Below, piece by piece: positions 19,837 to 29,490 of a stretch of DNA of 62,785 nt (its first letter is position 1; the number at the start of each line of letters is the position of its first letter). Under the pieces are notes generated by a model, which did not search any database, was not told the DNA's origin, and saw only the letters and a list, made by a program, of their open reading frames with translations. Made by a program: the position numbers and the translations under genes. The DNA is from a virus (Duplodnaviria; Caudoviricetes): IMG/VR virus record IMGVR_UViG_3300031565_000023, positions 1 through 62,785 of that record, one strand, 5' to 3'.

Positions 19837-20362
19837 TGTTTTTTTCGATTGGGAATATAGCCCGACATAAAGGTTATCCAGCATCAGGTTATGCAACTAC
19901 GGTAACTGCTGCCGGGAGTGCTGACACAAAGGGGGAGTGGACAGAGCTGGTGGCAAGTACGGACTTCGAGGCAGGTGCATTTTCTATTGAGGTTCTATAT
20001 TGGTCGCAAGCCGATTCGGATGTTCTTTGGGATGTAGGCATCGGCGCTGCTGAATCGGAAGTAAGCATTGTGGATAATTTGATATTTGCAGTAGGGAAAA
20101 CCTACAGTTATCGTAATGCCCTAACTTACCATTTTCCCTTACCAATCCCTGCTGGCACAAGATTATCGGCAAGGTGCCAAGCTGAAATAGCCAGTAGCAC
20201 CATTGGCCTTGCAACACAGATTTATGATGTTACGTACTACTCTCAAGGGCCACCAGGTAGAATCACAACCTACGGTGCTAATACTACCGATACAGATGGC
20301 GTAGAGATAGATCCGGGGGCAGTAGCAGACACAAAAGGGGCGTGGGTAGAGATTACCGGCTC
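19476..20362 (+). repeat. 66-bp identical block at 19476-19541 and 20297-20362
   Basis: tggcgtagagatagatccgggggcagtagcagacacaaaaggggcgtgggtagagattaccggctc occurs twice. Confidence 0.9.
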
Positions 20363-20657
20363 TCTCACACATGACATTCAAGGGTTTATGTGGGGGATTA
20401 CATCAAACCAGAATCATGCCAGATCAACTTACACCTTCAAACTTGACATAGGTGTTGGTGCTGCTGCATCGGAAGTGGTCATTATGTCAAACCATCTATT
20501 GACCAGCTACACCCAACTCGATATGGTTTTTCCCAGGTTTTCCCCTTATATTCCCTTCCCTATCCCGGCTGGAACGAGAATATCAGCAAGGGCAGCTTGT
20601 AGTGGTACGGATGAAGCAGACAGAAAATTTGGTTTTATATTTTATGGCGTAAGCTAG
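19836..20657 (+). CDS. Structural protein with two internal repeated domains (paralog 2)
   Basis: Same motifs as the upstream gene; shares a 66-bp identical DNA block with it. Confidence 0.75.
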   Translation: MFFSIGNIARHKGYPASGYATTVTAAGSADTKGEWTELVASTDFEAGAFSIEVLYWSQADSDVLWDVGIGAAESEVSIVDNLIFAVGKTYSYRNALTYHFPLPIPAGTRLSARCQAEIASSTIGLATQIYDVTYYSQGPPGRITTYGANTTDTDGVEIDPGAVADTKGAWVEITGSLTHDIQGFMWGITSNQNHARSTYTFKLDIGVGAAASEVVIMSNHLLTSYTQLDMVFPRFSPYIPFPIPAGTRISARAACSGTDEADRKFGFIFYGVS

Positions 20658-20666
20658 GAGGTTATC

Positions 20667-20993
20667 ATGGCAGTTACATCAGTTGGAAGTGGACAACAAA
20701 CAGCAGTAGTAGATACCGAGCATACCCTTGATACCGAAACAGCCGCCGGTGTCTACGTTCTAGTCGTTGACACAAATGAAATGATAAACGGTGATGTGGT
20801 TATCCTTCGGCTAAAGACAAAGGACAAATCAGGGGGGGATTCAAGGCTGGCATACCAGGCTACTTATGCTCATATTCAGACAGAACCGCACAAGTATAGC
20901 ATCCCCATCCCGGTAGATACGGAGATTATCGCTACCCTGGAACAGACGGATGGAACCTCAAGGGACTTCGATTGGAATTTGTTAAAATTATAG
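20667..20993 (+). CDS. Putative virion structural protein
   Basis: GGAGG RBS; beta-rich 108 aa. Confidence 0.7.
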   Translation: MAVTSVGSGQQTAVVDTEHTLDTETAAGVYVLVVDTNEMINGDVVILRLKTKDKSGGDSRLAYQATYAHIQTEPHKYSIPIPVDTEIIATLEQTDGTSRDFDWNLLKL

Positions 20994-21002
20994 GATCTTC
21001 AA

Positions 21003-22109
21003 ATGAATATTCTACGATATGCCGCAAGTTATTTACCAGTTGAATCTGTTACAAAAACGGTTGACATTGATGCGCTTATCCAGGGTGTGTTAAGCAGTAC
21101 GGTTGATCTCGATGCTTTGCTCAATAAGGGGGATATCCCCGTTACCCTTGACATTGATGGGCTTATTTATTTGTTGGGGACTATCGCTACCGATCTCGAT
21201 GCCTACCTGACCAAGGCCGGATCATCGACTACCGGCATTGATGCCCTCTTAAAAGCTATTGGATTAACTTCAACAACCGATCTCGATGCCCTGCTCAATC
21301 AGACAGACCGGACCATAGCCTCAAACATTGATGCGATTACCTATGCTATTTACACAAAAGCCATCTCTCTTGATGCCCTTTTGAATAAAATCGGCATTGA
21401 AACTTCCCTATCTATCGATGCACTTCTCAACAAGGCTGACATTACTCTAACAACAGGGATTGATTCGTTACTCCTAAAAGTGAATATCGAAGGCGGTACT
21501 TTCGGGATCGATGCGCTGCTTAATGAAGTAGGATTGCTGGCCCAGGTTGATCTCAACGCACTTCTGACGAAGGTGCAGACCGCTACCACTGCCCTGGATG
21601 CTTGCCTGTATTGGGGGCTTGTCAAAACCCTATCTCTTGATTCAATTTTAAATAAAACAGATTTGACAGCATTGACTAATTTAGACGCACTTTTAAATGA
21701 GGTGGGAAGATCCGCCACCACAACATTAGATGGTTATCTCTACCAAATTAATACTATCACTTTTGAATTAGATGCTCTACTGAATAAAGTAGGCTTTACT
21801 TCTACCGCCAATCTTGACGCTCTTTTAAATAAAGTGGGGCAAACTAAAGCGGTATCTTTAGATGCCGGGCTTTTTTGGGGGTTTGTCAAGGAAGCAAGCA
21901 TTGATTCTATTTTAACAAAGACATTGGGAAAAGAGATAAATATTGATGCCTGTGTCAGGGGAGAAATATTGAGAATTACTTTGCTGGATGCGGTCCTGGT
22001 GTCAGCCCTGCTCTTTGCGCAATCCAGATATACGTTCAAAACAAAACTGGACCGGGAAATGTTTTTCTCAACTTTAGAAATGCCAATGGCGGTATCGAGG
22101 TTAGGATAA
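21003..22109 (+). CDS. LDALL-repeat fibre-like protein
   Basis: More than 20 tandem 14-15-aa (L/I)DALLNKxG repeats. Confidence 0.75.
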   Translation: MNILRYAASYLPVESVTKTVDIDALIQGVLSSTVDLDALLNKGDIPVTLDIDGLIYLLGTIATDLDAYLTKAGSSTTGIDALLKAIGLTSTTDLDALLNQTDRTIASNIDAITYAIYTKAISLDALLNKIGIETSLSIDALLNKADITLTTGIDSLLLKVNIEGGTFGIDALLNEVGLLAQVDLNALLTKVQTATTALDACLYWGLVKTLSLDSILNKTDLTALTNLDALLNEVGRSATTTLDGYLYQINTITFELDALLNKVGFTSTANLDALLNKVGQTKAVSLDAGLFWGFVKEASIDSILTKTLGKEINIDACVRGEILRITLLDAVLVSALLFAQSRYTFKTKLDREMFFSTLEMPMAVSRLG

Positions 22110-22270
22110 TGATGTTAAGACCACTTTACACTAAACATATCGGCACTCACTGTTTTGGTGATCCTGATACGGTTGGGACAATAAGGATTCGCCAGGATGG
22201 GACAGATTATGTAATGGAGGTTTATGCGGGAGGTGATGTTTGGAATGAAATGGAAAGAAAGGGTCTTTAA
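22109..22270 (+). CDS. Small 53-aa protein (below the ORF-track cutoff)
   Basis: TAATG coupling with the upstream gene; MMLRPLYTKHIGTHCFGDPDTVGTIRIRQDG... Confidence 0.55.
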   Translation: MMLRPLYTKHIGTHCFGDPDTVGTIRIRQDGTDYVMEVYAGGDVWNEMERKGL

Positions 22271-25085
22271 AATTGCTTTGATTTCCTTCTTGTTGTTCCC
22301 GTCTATAGCGGGGGGAACGGATATAACCTGGCCCACCGGATCAACCCTTACTTTTGGCACTACTCAATGGGATGATGGTTCGGATAAATTTGATGGGGAG
22401 GTATGTTCTGATGATAGTGTAGATGATGATGCTATAGATTTCTCGTCTGACAATTCGGGCGATACCGTATCCATAACTGATATGTTGAGTAGTGGCCCAG
22501 GATCAGGTGAAGATGAGATTAAATTATGTGGCGTTAGTTTATTGGTAATGGCAAGTTTTATTTTTGTCAATACTTGCTTTGCCGTATCTGCAATAGAGGT
22601 ATTAAGGCCAACATCAGACGTAGATGTTAATATAGCAAATACCAGCGATGGTGGAGGAGTTCACTACACAGAAGTAGATGACCAGCTTTCGGATGCTGGT
22701 GCAACTGTTGTTTATACAGATGCTGGTGCAACTCACACTGTAGAGTATGATTTATACGGTATTCAAAACCATAGCGCAGCGAGTGTTGGAACGATTGAAA
22801 AAGTTTCTCTGGTAGCACTTACATCGTATGAGTGTCTTTATTCACCGCCTGCTTGTTTTGGAAAGATATATTTTAAACTAACAACCCATTCAACTACCTA
22901 TACTGCGTCTCCCCAAAACATAACTTCAGGATGGGCGAGTTATACAGAGGATTATGCTACCAACCCCTATACTTCTTCCGCCTGGACATGGGATGAAGTG
23001 AACGATTTAATAGCAGGGTTTGGATTTGATACACAAATTTATACATCGGGCGCTTGTTCTCTTTTTTATGTAAAGGTCACCTATACACTTCCCACTGGTG
23101 AAACCCTAAGACCAACCTCGGATTCAGATGTTAATTTAGATTCTACCGCTGGAGATAATTATACAGAAGTAGATGAGGACCCTATAAATTTGGCTGATTA
23201 TGTTTCTGAATCAGGTGTTGCAGGATATACAAAAGACCTCTACGGAATGGGGGATTCTGGTGTGGGGACTGGTACTATAAATAGTGTTACTGTGGTTTGG
23301 AGTGGTTATGGATATAAACCATGGTTCAATCCTGGAGGTGGTAATATAAAACCGACAGTAAAGATGGGTGGCACAGAGTATGATGGAAGTGAAAAAGAAT
23401 TATCTTTTGATTGGGCAAGCGGAGACCTCTATTCTCAAACATGGAATGAAAATCCAAACACTTCTTCTGCATGGACTTGGGCAAATATAGATGACTTAAT
23501 TGCAGGAATACAAATTAAATCTTATGATGCCGCGAGTGTTACCGCTGTAACTCAATTTTATGTAATAGTTGATTATACGGTAGAGGGGGGGGCCAGCTTG
23601 TCCGCCGATATTGACGCACTTATAAAGAAAGCCCTATCGGATGGCGTGGACCTGGATGCGTACCTTACAAAATCAATCCCAATAACACTTGACCTGGATG
23701 CGCTACTTAACCTTGTAGGCCAGACCAAAACGCTTGAAATCGATGCCTTATTGCAGAAGGCGGGAGTAGATACTTCCCTCTCCTTAGATGCCATTTTGCA
23801 GCAGCTTAAATCAGGCGAGATTTCCCTTGATGCCCTGCTCAATCAAGTGGGTCTTACAACTTCCTCAAGCCTGGATGCCATATTAGAGCAATCCGGAATA
23901 GTGCAGGTTTTTCTTGATGCCCTGCTCAATAAAACAGGGCTTACTGCTTCCTCAAGTCTGGATGCCATATTGCAGCAACTTAAATCGGGGCAAGTGTCTA
24001 TCGATGCACTTCTCAATGAGGTTGGACAGACAGACCAGGCTTCCCTTGACGCACTACTTAATGCTCTAGGTGTAAGTTCAACTGCGGAACTCGATGCCTT
24101 GCTAAATAAGATAGGATTAACCATATCCTCTAGCATTGATGCACTTCTAAACAAAGTTGGTCAAGCAAGCCAGTTAAATATTGATGCCCTTTTAAACGCC
24201 ATTGGCTTAACCTCAACTGCGGATCTCGATGCCCTGTTGTCAGAAACAGGGCTCACCATAACCTCCGACCTTGATGCGATCCTGGCAGCCATATACACGA
24301 AAACCATCTCCCTTGACGCTCTACTAAATAAAATGGGGATTGAGGCATCCCTGTCCATCGATGCACTCTTAAATAAGACAGGGCTTTTCTCAACCACAGA
24401 GCTTGATGCCTTTTTAACACAATTCAAGTCAGGGCAGCTTTCCCTTGATGCCCTGCTTGCTAAATATGGAGTGCTGTTTCAGTTAAATTTAGACGCACTC
24501 CTGGTGAAAGCGCAATCGGCATCAACCGAACTGGATGCACATTTGATTATGGTAGTTACCGAAAGCCTCTATCTCGACTCGCTATTAACAAAGGGGATTA
24601 CGGGTCACACCGAACTGGATGCGCTTTTAAATAAACTTGGAAGCACGTCTAGCGTTTTGCTTGATGGCTATCTTACGAAGTTAGGCCAGATCAGCGTAAC
24701 GCTGGATTCAATACTTCAAAAACAGGGAATCACAGTATCGGGGCTGGATGCCCTGGTGCAAGGAGAAATTCAAAAACCAATATCCCTGGACGCTTTTCTG
24801 TTTGTTGGAAAAACTAAAGATGTTTCGATTGATTCCTTGATTACTCAAACGCTGGGAAAGGAGGTGAATATTGAAGCAATCCTGCAAGGCCAGTATGGAG
24901 AAATCACCCTGCTCGATGCGCTGATCTACGCAACGCTCCTAAATGCTATACCAAGATTTGCATTGTATAGCACATTAGAGCAGCCCGCTTGCAAGGGATC
25001 TCCCGACCTGGCCTTTAAATCAAATTTAGAAATGCCGGAATTGAGATCGAAACTGGAAAAGTATCAGTTTTTCACAAACATTTAA
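22245..25085 (+). CDS. Fibre/adhesin-like protein: signal-like N-terminus, two repeated beta domains, long LDALL-repeat stalk
   Basis: LRPTSDxDVN...NPxTSSAWTWxxxxDLIAG occurs twice; about 30 LDALL-type repeats. Confidence 0.75.
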   Translation: MKWKERVFKIALISFLLFPSIAGGTDITWPTGSTLTFGTTQWDDGSDKFDGEVCSDDSVDDDAIDFSSDNSGDTVSITDMLSSGPGSGEDEIKLCGVSLLVMASFIFVNTCFAVSAIEVLRPTSDVDVNIANTSDGGGVHYTEVDDQLSDAGATVVYTDAGATHTVEYDLYGIQNHSAASVGTIEKVSLVALTSYECLYSPPACFGKIYFKLTTHSTTYTASPQNITSGWASYTEDYATNPYTSSAWTWDEVNDLIAGFGFDTQIYTSGACSLFYVKVTYTLPTGETLRPTSDSDVNLDSTAGDNYTEVDEDPINLADYVSESGVAGYTKDLYGMGDSGVGTGTINSVTVVWSGYGYKPWFNPGGGNIKPTVKMGGTEYDGSEKELSFDWASGDLYSQTWNENPNTSSAWTWANIDDLIAGIQIKSYDAASVTAVTQFYVIVDYTVEGGASLSADIDALIKKALSDGVDLDAYLTKSIPITLDLDALLNLVGQTKTLEIDALLQKAGVDTSLSLDAILQQLKSGEISLDALLNQVGLTTSSSLDAILEQSGIVQVFLDALLNKTGLTASSSLDAILQQLKSGQVSIDALLNEVGQTDQASLDALLNALGVSSTAELDALLNKIGLTISSSIDALLNKVGQASQLNIDALLNAIGLTSTADLDALLSETGLTITSDLDAILAAIYTKTISLDALLNKMGIEASLSIDALLNKTGLFSTTELDAFLTQFKSGQLSLDALLAKYGVLFQLNLDALLVKAQSASTELDAHLIMVVTESLYLDSLLTKGITGHTELDALLNKLGSTSSVLLDGYLTKLGQISVTLDSILQKQGITVSGLDALVQGEIQKPISLDAFLFVGKTKDVSIDSLITQTLGKEVNIEAILQGQYGEITLLDALIYATLLNAIPRFALYSTLEQPACKGSPDLAFKSNLEMPELRSKLEKYQFFTNI

Positions 25086-25112
25086 GGGGGAAGGAGAAAG
25101 AAGGAGAATATT

Positions 25113-25604
25113 ATGGCTGCAACAGTTCAGATACATGAGAATAGTGCGGATGAAACAGGAGTTGACAAAACCAGCTCAACGGTGCGGTTTAAAAGTGCGG
25201 TTGAAACTACGGTAGATACCGCAAACAGGCTTCAGATTCCGGCTGCCGATACGGATTACAGCTACACAAAGCAGTTACGTTTTTATGTGAGTGTAGCCCC
25301 GGCAGTTGATTTGCAGAATTTGAGGGCCTATTCGGACGGTGCGAATAACTTTGGTACCGGGATCGGTGTGCAATACGATACCGCGACCGACTGGCAGACG
25401 GAAACGGATGCCGACATATCGGGTACGGATGTTTTCACCAAAACATCAGGCGCAAGCATCGATATGGATGCCGGGAATACCGGACCGCATACAGGCACCG
25501 GGTATAAGGGGGATCTGTTAAGGCTACAAATGACGGTGGCATCTACCGCAAGTCCTGGTTCGTTAAGTGCGGAAGTTCTTACGTTCAGTTATGATGAAAC
25601 ATAG
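25113..25604 (+). CDS. Virion structural protein
   Basis: AAGGAG RBS; typical C-terminus ...TFSYDET; T/A/G/D-rich. Confidence 0.7.
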   Translation: MAATVQIHENSADETGVDKTSSTVRFKSAVETTVDTANRLQIPAADTDYSYTKQLRFYVSVAPAVDLQNLRAYSDGANNFGTGIGVQYDTATDWQTETDADISGTDVFTKTSGASIDMDAGNTGPHTGTGYKGDLLRLQMTVASTASPGSLSAEVLTFSYDET

Positions 25605-25607
25605 ACC

Positions 25608-25636
25608 TTGACATCTGCGTACAATTAATATATGCT
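25608..25636 (+). promoter_or_regulatory. Sigma70-type promoter for the HNH gene
   Basis: TTGACA-17 nt-TATGCT. Confidence 0.6.
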
Positions 25637-26345
25637 GTCCTCAAACATTAACTTATTTGAAGGCAGTATAATGATTACAAAAAAATGGGTTACAAAAAAA
25701 TGTTTGGCATGTAAAAGGGAGTTCAGCTCTTACGTTTCGGAAGAAAGAAAATATTGTTCGCCCAAGTGTCGTGGGATTGGAAGGCGAGTTAAAAAACCAC
25801 CATGTATTGTTTGTGGTAGTTCTTTGCCATTGAGAAAGGGCAACAAAAAATATTGTTCTTTAAAATGTAGAACGAAAGATTGGACAGGCAAGAAAAAACC
25901 CCATACATGGAACATTGAGAAAAGGGAGTGCAAGTTTTGTGGAAAAGCATTTACGGTTGGTGGAAGATATGCAGATAAGATACACAAAGATGCTTTATTT
26001 TGCTCAAATGAATGCTCAAGCAAATCGCAGAGAATCACCATAGATGAGTTTTGGGTAAACGGTGGGAAAACTTCAAGTAAGAATTGGGAAGAATACCGAG
26101 AAAAAATTTTAAAGAGGGATGGTTATAAATGTGTCTTTTGTGGCATCAGTCGAAACTTACAAATACATCACATGCTCCCCAGGGAATATGGTGGCTCACA
26201 CACTAAAGGAAATTTAGTTGCGTGTTGTCGGCATTGTCATGGAAGTATTGATAGGGTTATTCGTCTAATTGCCAATAACGATCCTGACAACCAAAAAGAG
26301 GTTATCAATAAAATGATGCAGCTTATTGGAAAACAAAAAACATGA
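25632..26345 (+). CDS. HNH endonuclease with N-terminal Zn-finger repeats
   Basis: RDGYKCVFCG...LQIHH...GNLVACCRHCH; three CxxC...(Y/F)CSxxC modules; likely start at ATG 25671. Confidence 0.9.
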   Translation: MLSSNINLFEGSIMITKKWVTKKCLACKREFSSYVSEERKYCSPKCRGIGRRVKKPPCIVCGSSLPLRKGNKKYCSLKCRTKDWTGKKKPHTWNIEKRECKFCGKAFTVGGRYADKIHKDALFCSNECSSKSQRITIDEFWVNGGKTSSKNWEEYREKILKRDGYKCVFCGISRNLQIHHMLPREYGGSHTKGNLVACCRHCHGSIDRVIRLIANNDPDNQKEVINKMMQLIGKQKT

Positions 26346-26357
26346 AACCTAAAAAAA

Positions 26358-26387
26358 TTTAACATCTTGCATGTGAATTTCACACTA
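26358..26387 (+). repeat. 30-bp intergenic element, copy 1 (copy 2 at 59958-59987), containing the TGTGAATTTCACA palindrome
   Basis: tttaacatcttgYatgtgaatttcacacta, one mismatch between copies. Confidence 0.85.
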
Positions 26388-26432
26388 GAGGGTAGTGGGC
26401 GAGCTGCTCACTACCTGGAAATGGAGGGAATA

Positions 26433-27656
26433 ATGCAAAAAAAACTAAAGATTGCCGTACCATATAATACGGCAATAGATCCAGAAGCGCAGATATGTGT
26501 GTTTAATGTTGCCCTGCATTTGCAATCAAAGGGCTACGAGTGCGAGCCCAAGTTTAAAGAAGGGACATATCTTTCAACGCTGAGAAACGCTTTTTCGTGG
26601 GAAGCTCTACAGAAGGGACAGGATCTCCTGTTTGTTGATAGCGATATGATCTTTGGGCCATCGGAAGTTAATAGCCTGTTGGAAGCAGGCAAGGACATTA
26701 TCGGTGGGCTTTACTATGCCAGGAGAAAGCCTTACTTTCCGATTGCCTACAGGATTTTGAAACCCGATGATATTGTTCTGCCCGATAAGTACAGTACCGA
26801 AATTGTAGAGGGCGACAACTACTTTGCCGGTATGAAATACCATGAGATACCTGATGATGTTTTCACTCATCCTGATGGGTTAGGGGTAGGCACAGGATTT
26901 CTCTATATCAAAAACCATGTGCTTGAAAAGATGTGGACTACAAAAGTAGTACAGGAGTTTGGAAGGCCATTCAATTTTTTCCCCATGAAAAACGGTGATG
27001 AAATCAAGGAGGATCTCGCCTTTTGTTTGCGCTGCAACAAGCAAGGGTTTGAGGTTTACTGCCACCCGGGTTTAAACCTGGCTCATCTGGGGAAAATCAG
27101 GATCAATAAGAACACTCACCTGGACCATATCGGCAGGGAGAAACATTTTTACAGTAACGATATTCAAGGCTGGATGAATTTTAACGAGCTGAATTGGCTT
27201 TATCAAACTGCGAAAAAGATGGATACCATAGTTGAGATCGGATCATGGAAAGGAAGATCTACCCATGCATTGCTATCCGGCACGCCTGGGAAGGTTACTG
27301 CCATTGACACTTTTTGTGGTAAGGCTGCCCTGAAAATTTGCTACAAAGAAAATAAAGATACCGTTCTTGCCGAGTTTATGAAGAACACAGAGAAATTTAA
27401 TAACCTTAATATGGTGATCGGCAATAGCGTTGAGGAAGCCACGTTCTTTGCGGATAAATCAGTTGATATGGTTTTCATTGATGGGGGCCACGCTTATGAG
27501 GAAGTGAAGGCCGATCTGCTTGCTTGGAAGGGTAAGCCTAAAAAACTGCTTTGTGGGCACGATTATACTTTCGATGGTGTTTATCATGCGGTAAGAGATG
27601 TGATCGGGGAAGTGCGTCAATACGAAACAATCTGGTTTAAGGAGATTTCAGCATGA
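26433..27656 (+). CDS. Glycosyltransferase (GT-A, DxD) fused to a class I SAM methyltransferase
   Basis: FVDSDM, GTGFLYI and EDLAFC; VEIGSWKGRS, FIDGGHAYEEV and GHDY. Confidence 0.85.
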   Translation: MQKKLKIAVPYNTAIDPEAQICVFNVALHLQSKGYECEPKFKEGTYLSTLRNAFSWEALQKGQDLLFVDSDMIFGPSEVNSLLEAGKDIIGGLYYARRKPYFPIAYRILKPDDIVLPDKYSTEIVEGDNYFAGMKYHEIPDDVFTHPDGLGVGTGFLYIKNHVLEKMWTTKVVQEFGRPFNFFPMKNGDEIKEDLAFCLRCNKQGFEVYCHPGLNLAHLGKIRINKNTHLDHIGREKHFYSNDIQGWMNFNELNWLYQTAKKMDTIVEIGSWKGRSTHALLSGTPGKVTAIDTFCGKAALKICYKENKDTVLAEFMKNTEKFNNLNMVIGNSVEEATFFADKSVDMVFIDGGHAYEEVKADLLAWKGKPKKLLCGHDYTFDGVYHAVRDVIGEVRQYETIWFKEISA

Positions 27657-28009
27657 CGATAAAGGCCAACCTAATATACACATGGGAAATGGAATTGGCA
27701 GATAAAACGATCCTCAAACAATATGAGCCGGACGGGAAAGAAAACACCTGGAAAAGTCTGGCAATCGATCAAATTGTAAGGGTGGGGTTCGTTCCCTCCA
27801 TTGCCATCCTTCCAAAACACAACGTCATTATAGATCGAGATAAGGGCATTAGGTTTGTCAGGCGATTCGGTAGGGGGTTCATAAAGCAGAAGGACGGATT
27901 CAGGCTGTCCGAGTATGTGAATTGTGTCGTAACCAACCGCTACAGGTTTTGGGTATTTTCTAATGGGTCAACGCTAGTAACCGATCCAGACTACGAACTG
28001 TATATTTAG
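27653..28009 (+). CDS. Hypothetical protein
   Basis: ATGA overlap; AAGGAG RBS. Confidence 0.7.
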   Translation: MTIKANLIYTWEMELADKTILKQYEPDGKENTWKSLAIDQIVRVGFVPSIAILPKHNVIIDRDKGIRFVRRFGRGFIKQKDGFRLSEYVNCVVTNRYRFWVFSNGSTLVTDPDYELYI

Positions 28010-28015
28010 GGGGGA

Positions 28016-28390
28016 TTGACCATGATCGAGGGAAAAAGGCTATTTAATCTGCCACAAGAAAAACCGGCATTTTCAGAATGGTTTGTTACCGTTGATATAT
28101 CCGAGTGGTTGGGAACAGAAGATATTTCGGCAGTAACCTTCACCGCCATTTGTGAGAATGACGGTACGGATGCCAGCGCAATCGTTCTTGATCCTGCGAA
28201 AAATACCTATACAGGATCGTATCTCAAGCCATTCATTCAAGCCGGTCAGCCTGGCTATACCTACAGGGTGGAGATGCGAGTTACCACTACCCAAGGGAGC
28301 AAAGAGGTTTTTTATATCCGGTTTGATGTTGCCGATTACTACAGATCTATCAACCTGGGCGTTGGCCTGGATGCGGTTCTCTATGAGTAA
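28016..28390 (+). CDS. Putative tail fibre adaptor-type protein
   Basis: VDISEWL...G.PG.TY.V...TT.QG pattern; ends in a GLDAVL unit. Confidence 0.55.
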   Translation: MTMIEGKRLFNLPQEKPAFSEWFVTVDISEWLGTEDISAVTFTAICENDGTDASAIVLDPAKNTYTGSYLKPFIQAGQPGYTYRVEMRVTTTQGSKEVFYIRFDVADYYRSINLGVGLDAVLYE

Positions 28391-28567
28391 GTCAAATGGG
28401 GACTCTATGCAAGATTTTGAATGAAATTGAGTTTTTTCTTAACCCGATCCCCCTGGTGTTTTGCAATTTGCGAAGATTGAAAATGCATACAGGATTCAGC
28501 CTAAAAATGGCATGGTGGTACGAGAAATCACTTTTTGTCTTAATCCGATGGAGTTTTAAAAAGATTT

Positions 28568-29008
28568 ATGGGCTTTTGGGATACCGTAAAACACTTTGAG
28601 CCAATCGAGTTTGAAGATCCGCTCAATACCGGGAGTGGCCTTTATATCGATCATGCGCTGGTGTTGATGCTGGATGATATGGGAGAACGAACAAGCTGGC
28701 CTATCATAATTCATCATATAGTTGGTGGCGCGGTGGACGTTGGTGGCGTTCATGGACACGAAAGTAATAGCTATCATCTGGTTGAGAATGGCTGCAAGGC
28801 AGTTGATTTTCATTTCAACACTATTGCCGATACGCGCACACAATACTACGAGGTTGAGAGATCCGGCTTTACCGGGATCGGGGTTTATTACTGCTGGAAA
28901 TGGCATGGGAAGCAACTGCCGATTGGATTCCACGCAGATCGAAGGCCGATCAACAAAACACAAAGATGGAGCTCCCGGAAGAAGGGAGAGCGCAAATATC
29001 TTCTTTAA
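28568..29008 (+). CDS. Endolysin, peptidase M15-type (Zn D-Ala-D-Ala peptidase fold)
   Basis: SYH...AVDF, GFTGIGVY and FHAD motifs. Confidence 0.8.
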   Translation: MGFWDTVKHFEPIEFEDPLNTGSGLYIDHALVLMLDDMGERTSWPIIIHHIVGGAVDVGGVHGHESNSYHLVENGCKAVDFHFNTIADTRTQYYEVERSGFTGIGVYYCWKWHGKQLPIGFHADRRPINKTQRWSSRKKGERKYLL

Positions 29009-29022
29009 GGGGGGTTGCTATT

Positions 29023-29490
29023 ATGGAGAAGAAACCAAAACGACTAAAGGTAAATGACTTGAGGCCCTTTGACATTCTGCTCTATAAGCGTAAAAGATTC
29101 CGGATCATTAACTACTATCACGCTGCCTGGTTTGTGGGGCGCATGTGGGGCATGAATGTAAATTATGAAGCAACCTTCGGGGGGCCAGAAATGGAGGAAT
29201 GGCACAAGGGGGATTTCCCAACCTATGTGTGCCGGTTAAAAAGGCCGCTAAAGATCCATGAGCGAGTAAAGATCATGAAGATGTGCAAGAAGCTCAAAGA
29301 CAGGAAGTATGACTTCCTCTACCTTTTTGGTCATTTCCTGGGGATAAATCATGTCCTCCGCATCCGGTGTGATGAAAATATTGAGATACCCCTGCGATAT
29401 GCCGGGATAGATAGCAAGCGAAAGGTTTTGAGACCTGGTGGATTCTTGGAATCACCCGTAATGGACGTTTTTGAGCTGGAGGTAACATGA
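29023..29490 (+). CDS. Permuted papain-like (YiiX/NlpC-P60) protein
   Basis: DLRPFDILL, YHAA, KYDF and downstream Cys (His-before-Cys order). Confidence 0.65.
   Translation: MEKKPKRLKVNDLRPFDILLYKRKRFRIINYYHAAWFVGRMWGMNVNYEATFGGPEMEEWHKGDFPTYVCRLKRPLKIHERVKIMKMCKKLKDRKYDFLYLFGHFLGINHVLRIRCDENIEIPLRYAGIDSKRKVLRPGGFLESPVMDVFELEVT

Noticed and set aside
19006-20657. Diversity-generating retroelement TR/VR pair
   Set aside because: No reverse transcriptase in the window and no adenine-specific mismatch pattern
3568-24427. Numerous minus-strand ORFs under structural genes
   Set aside because: Shadow ORFs antisense to long, well-supported genes; no RBS or motifs
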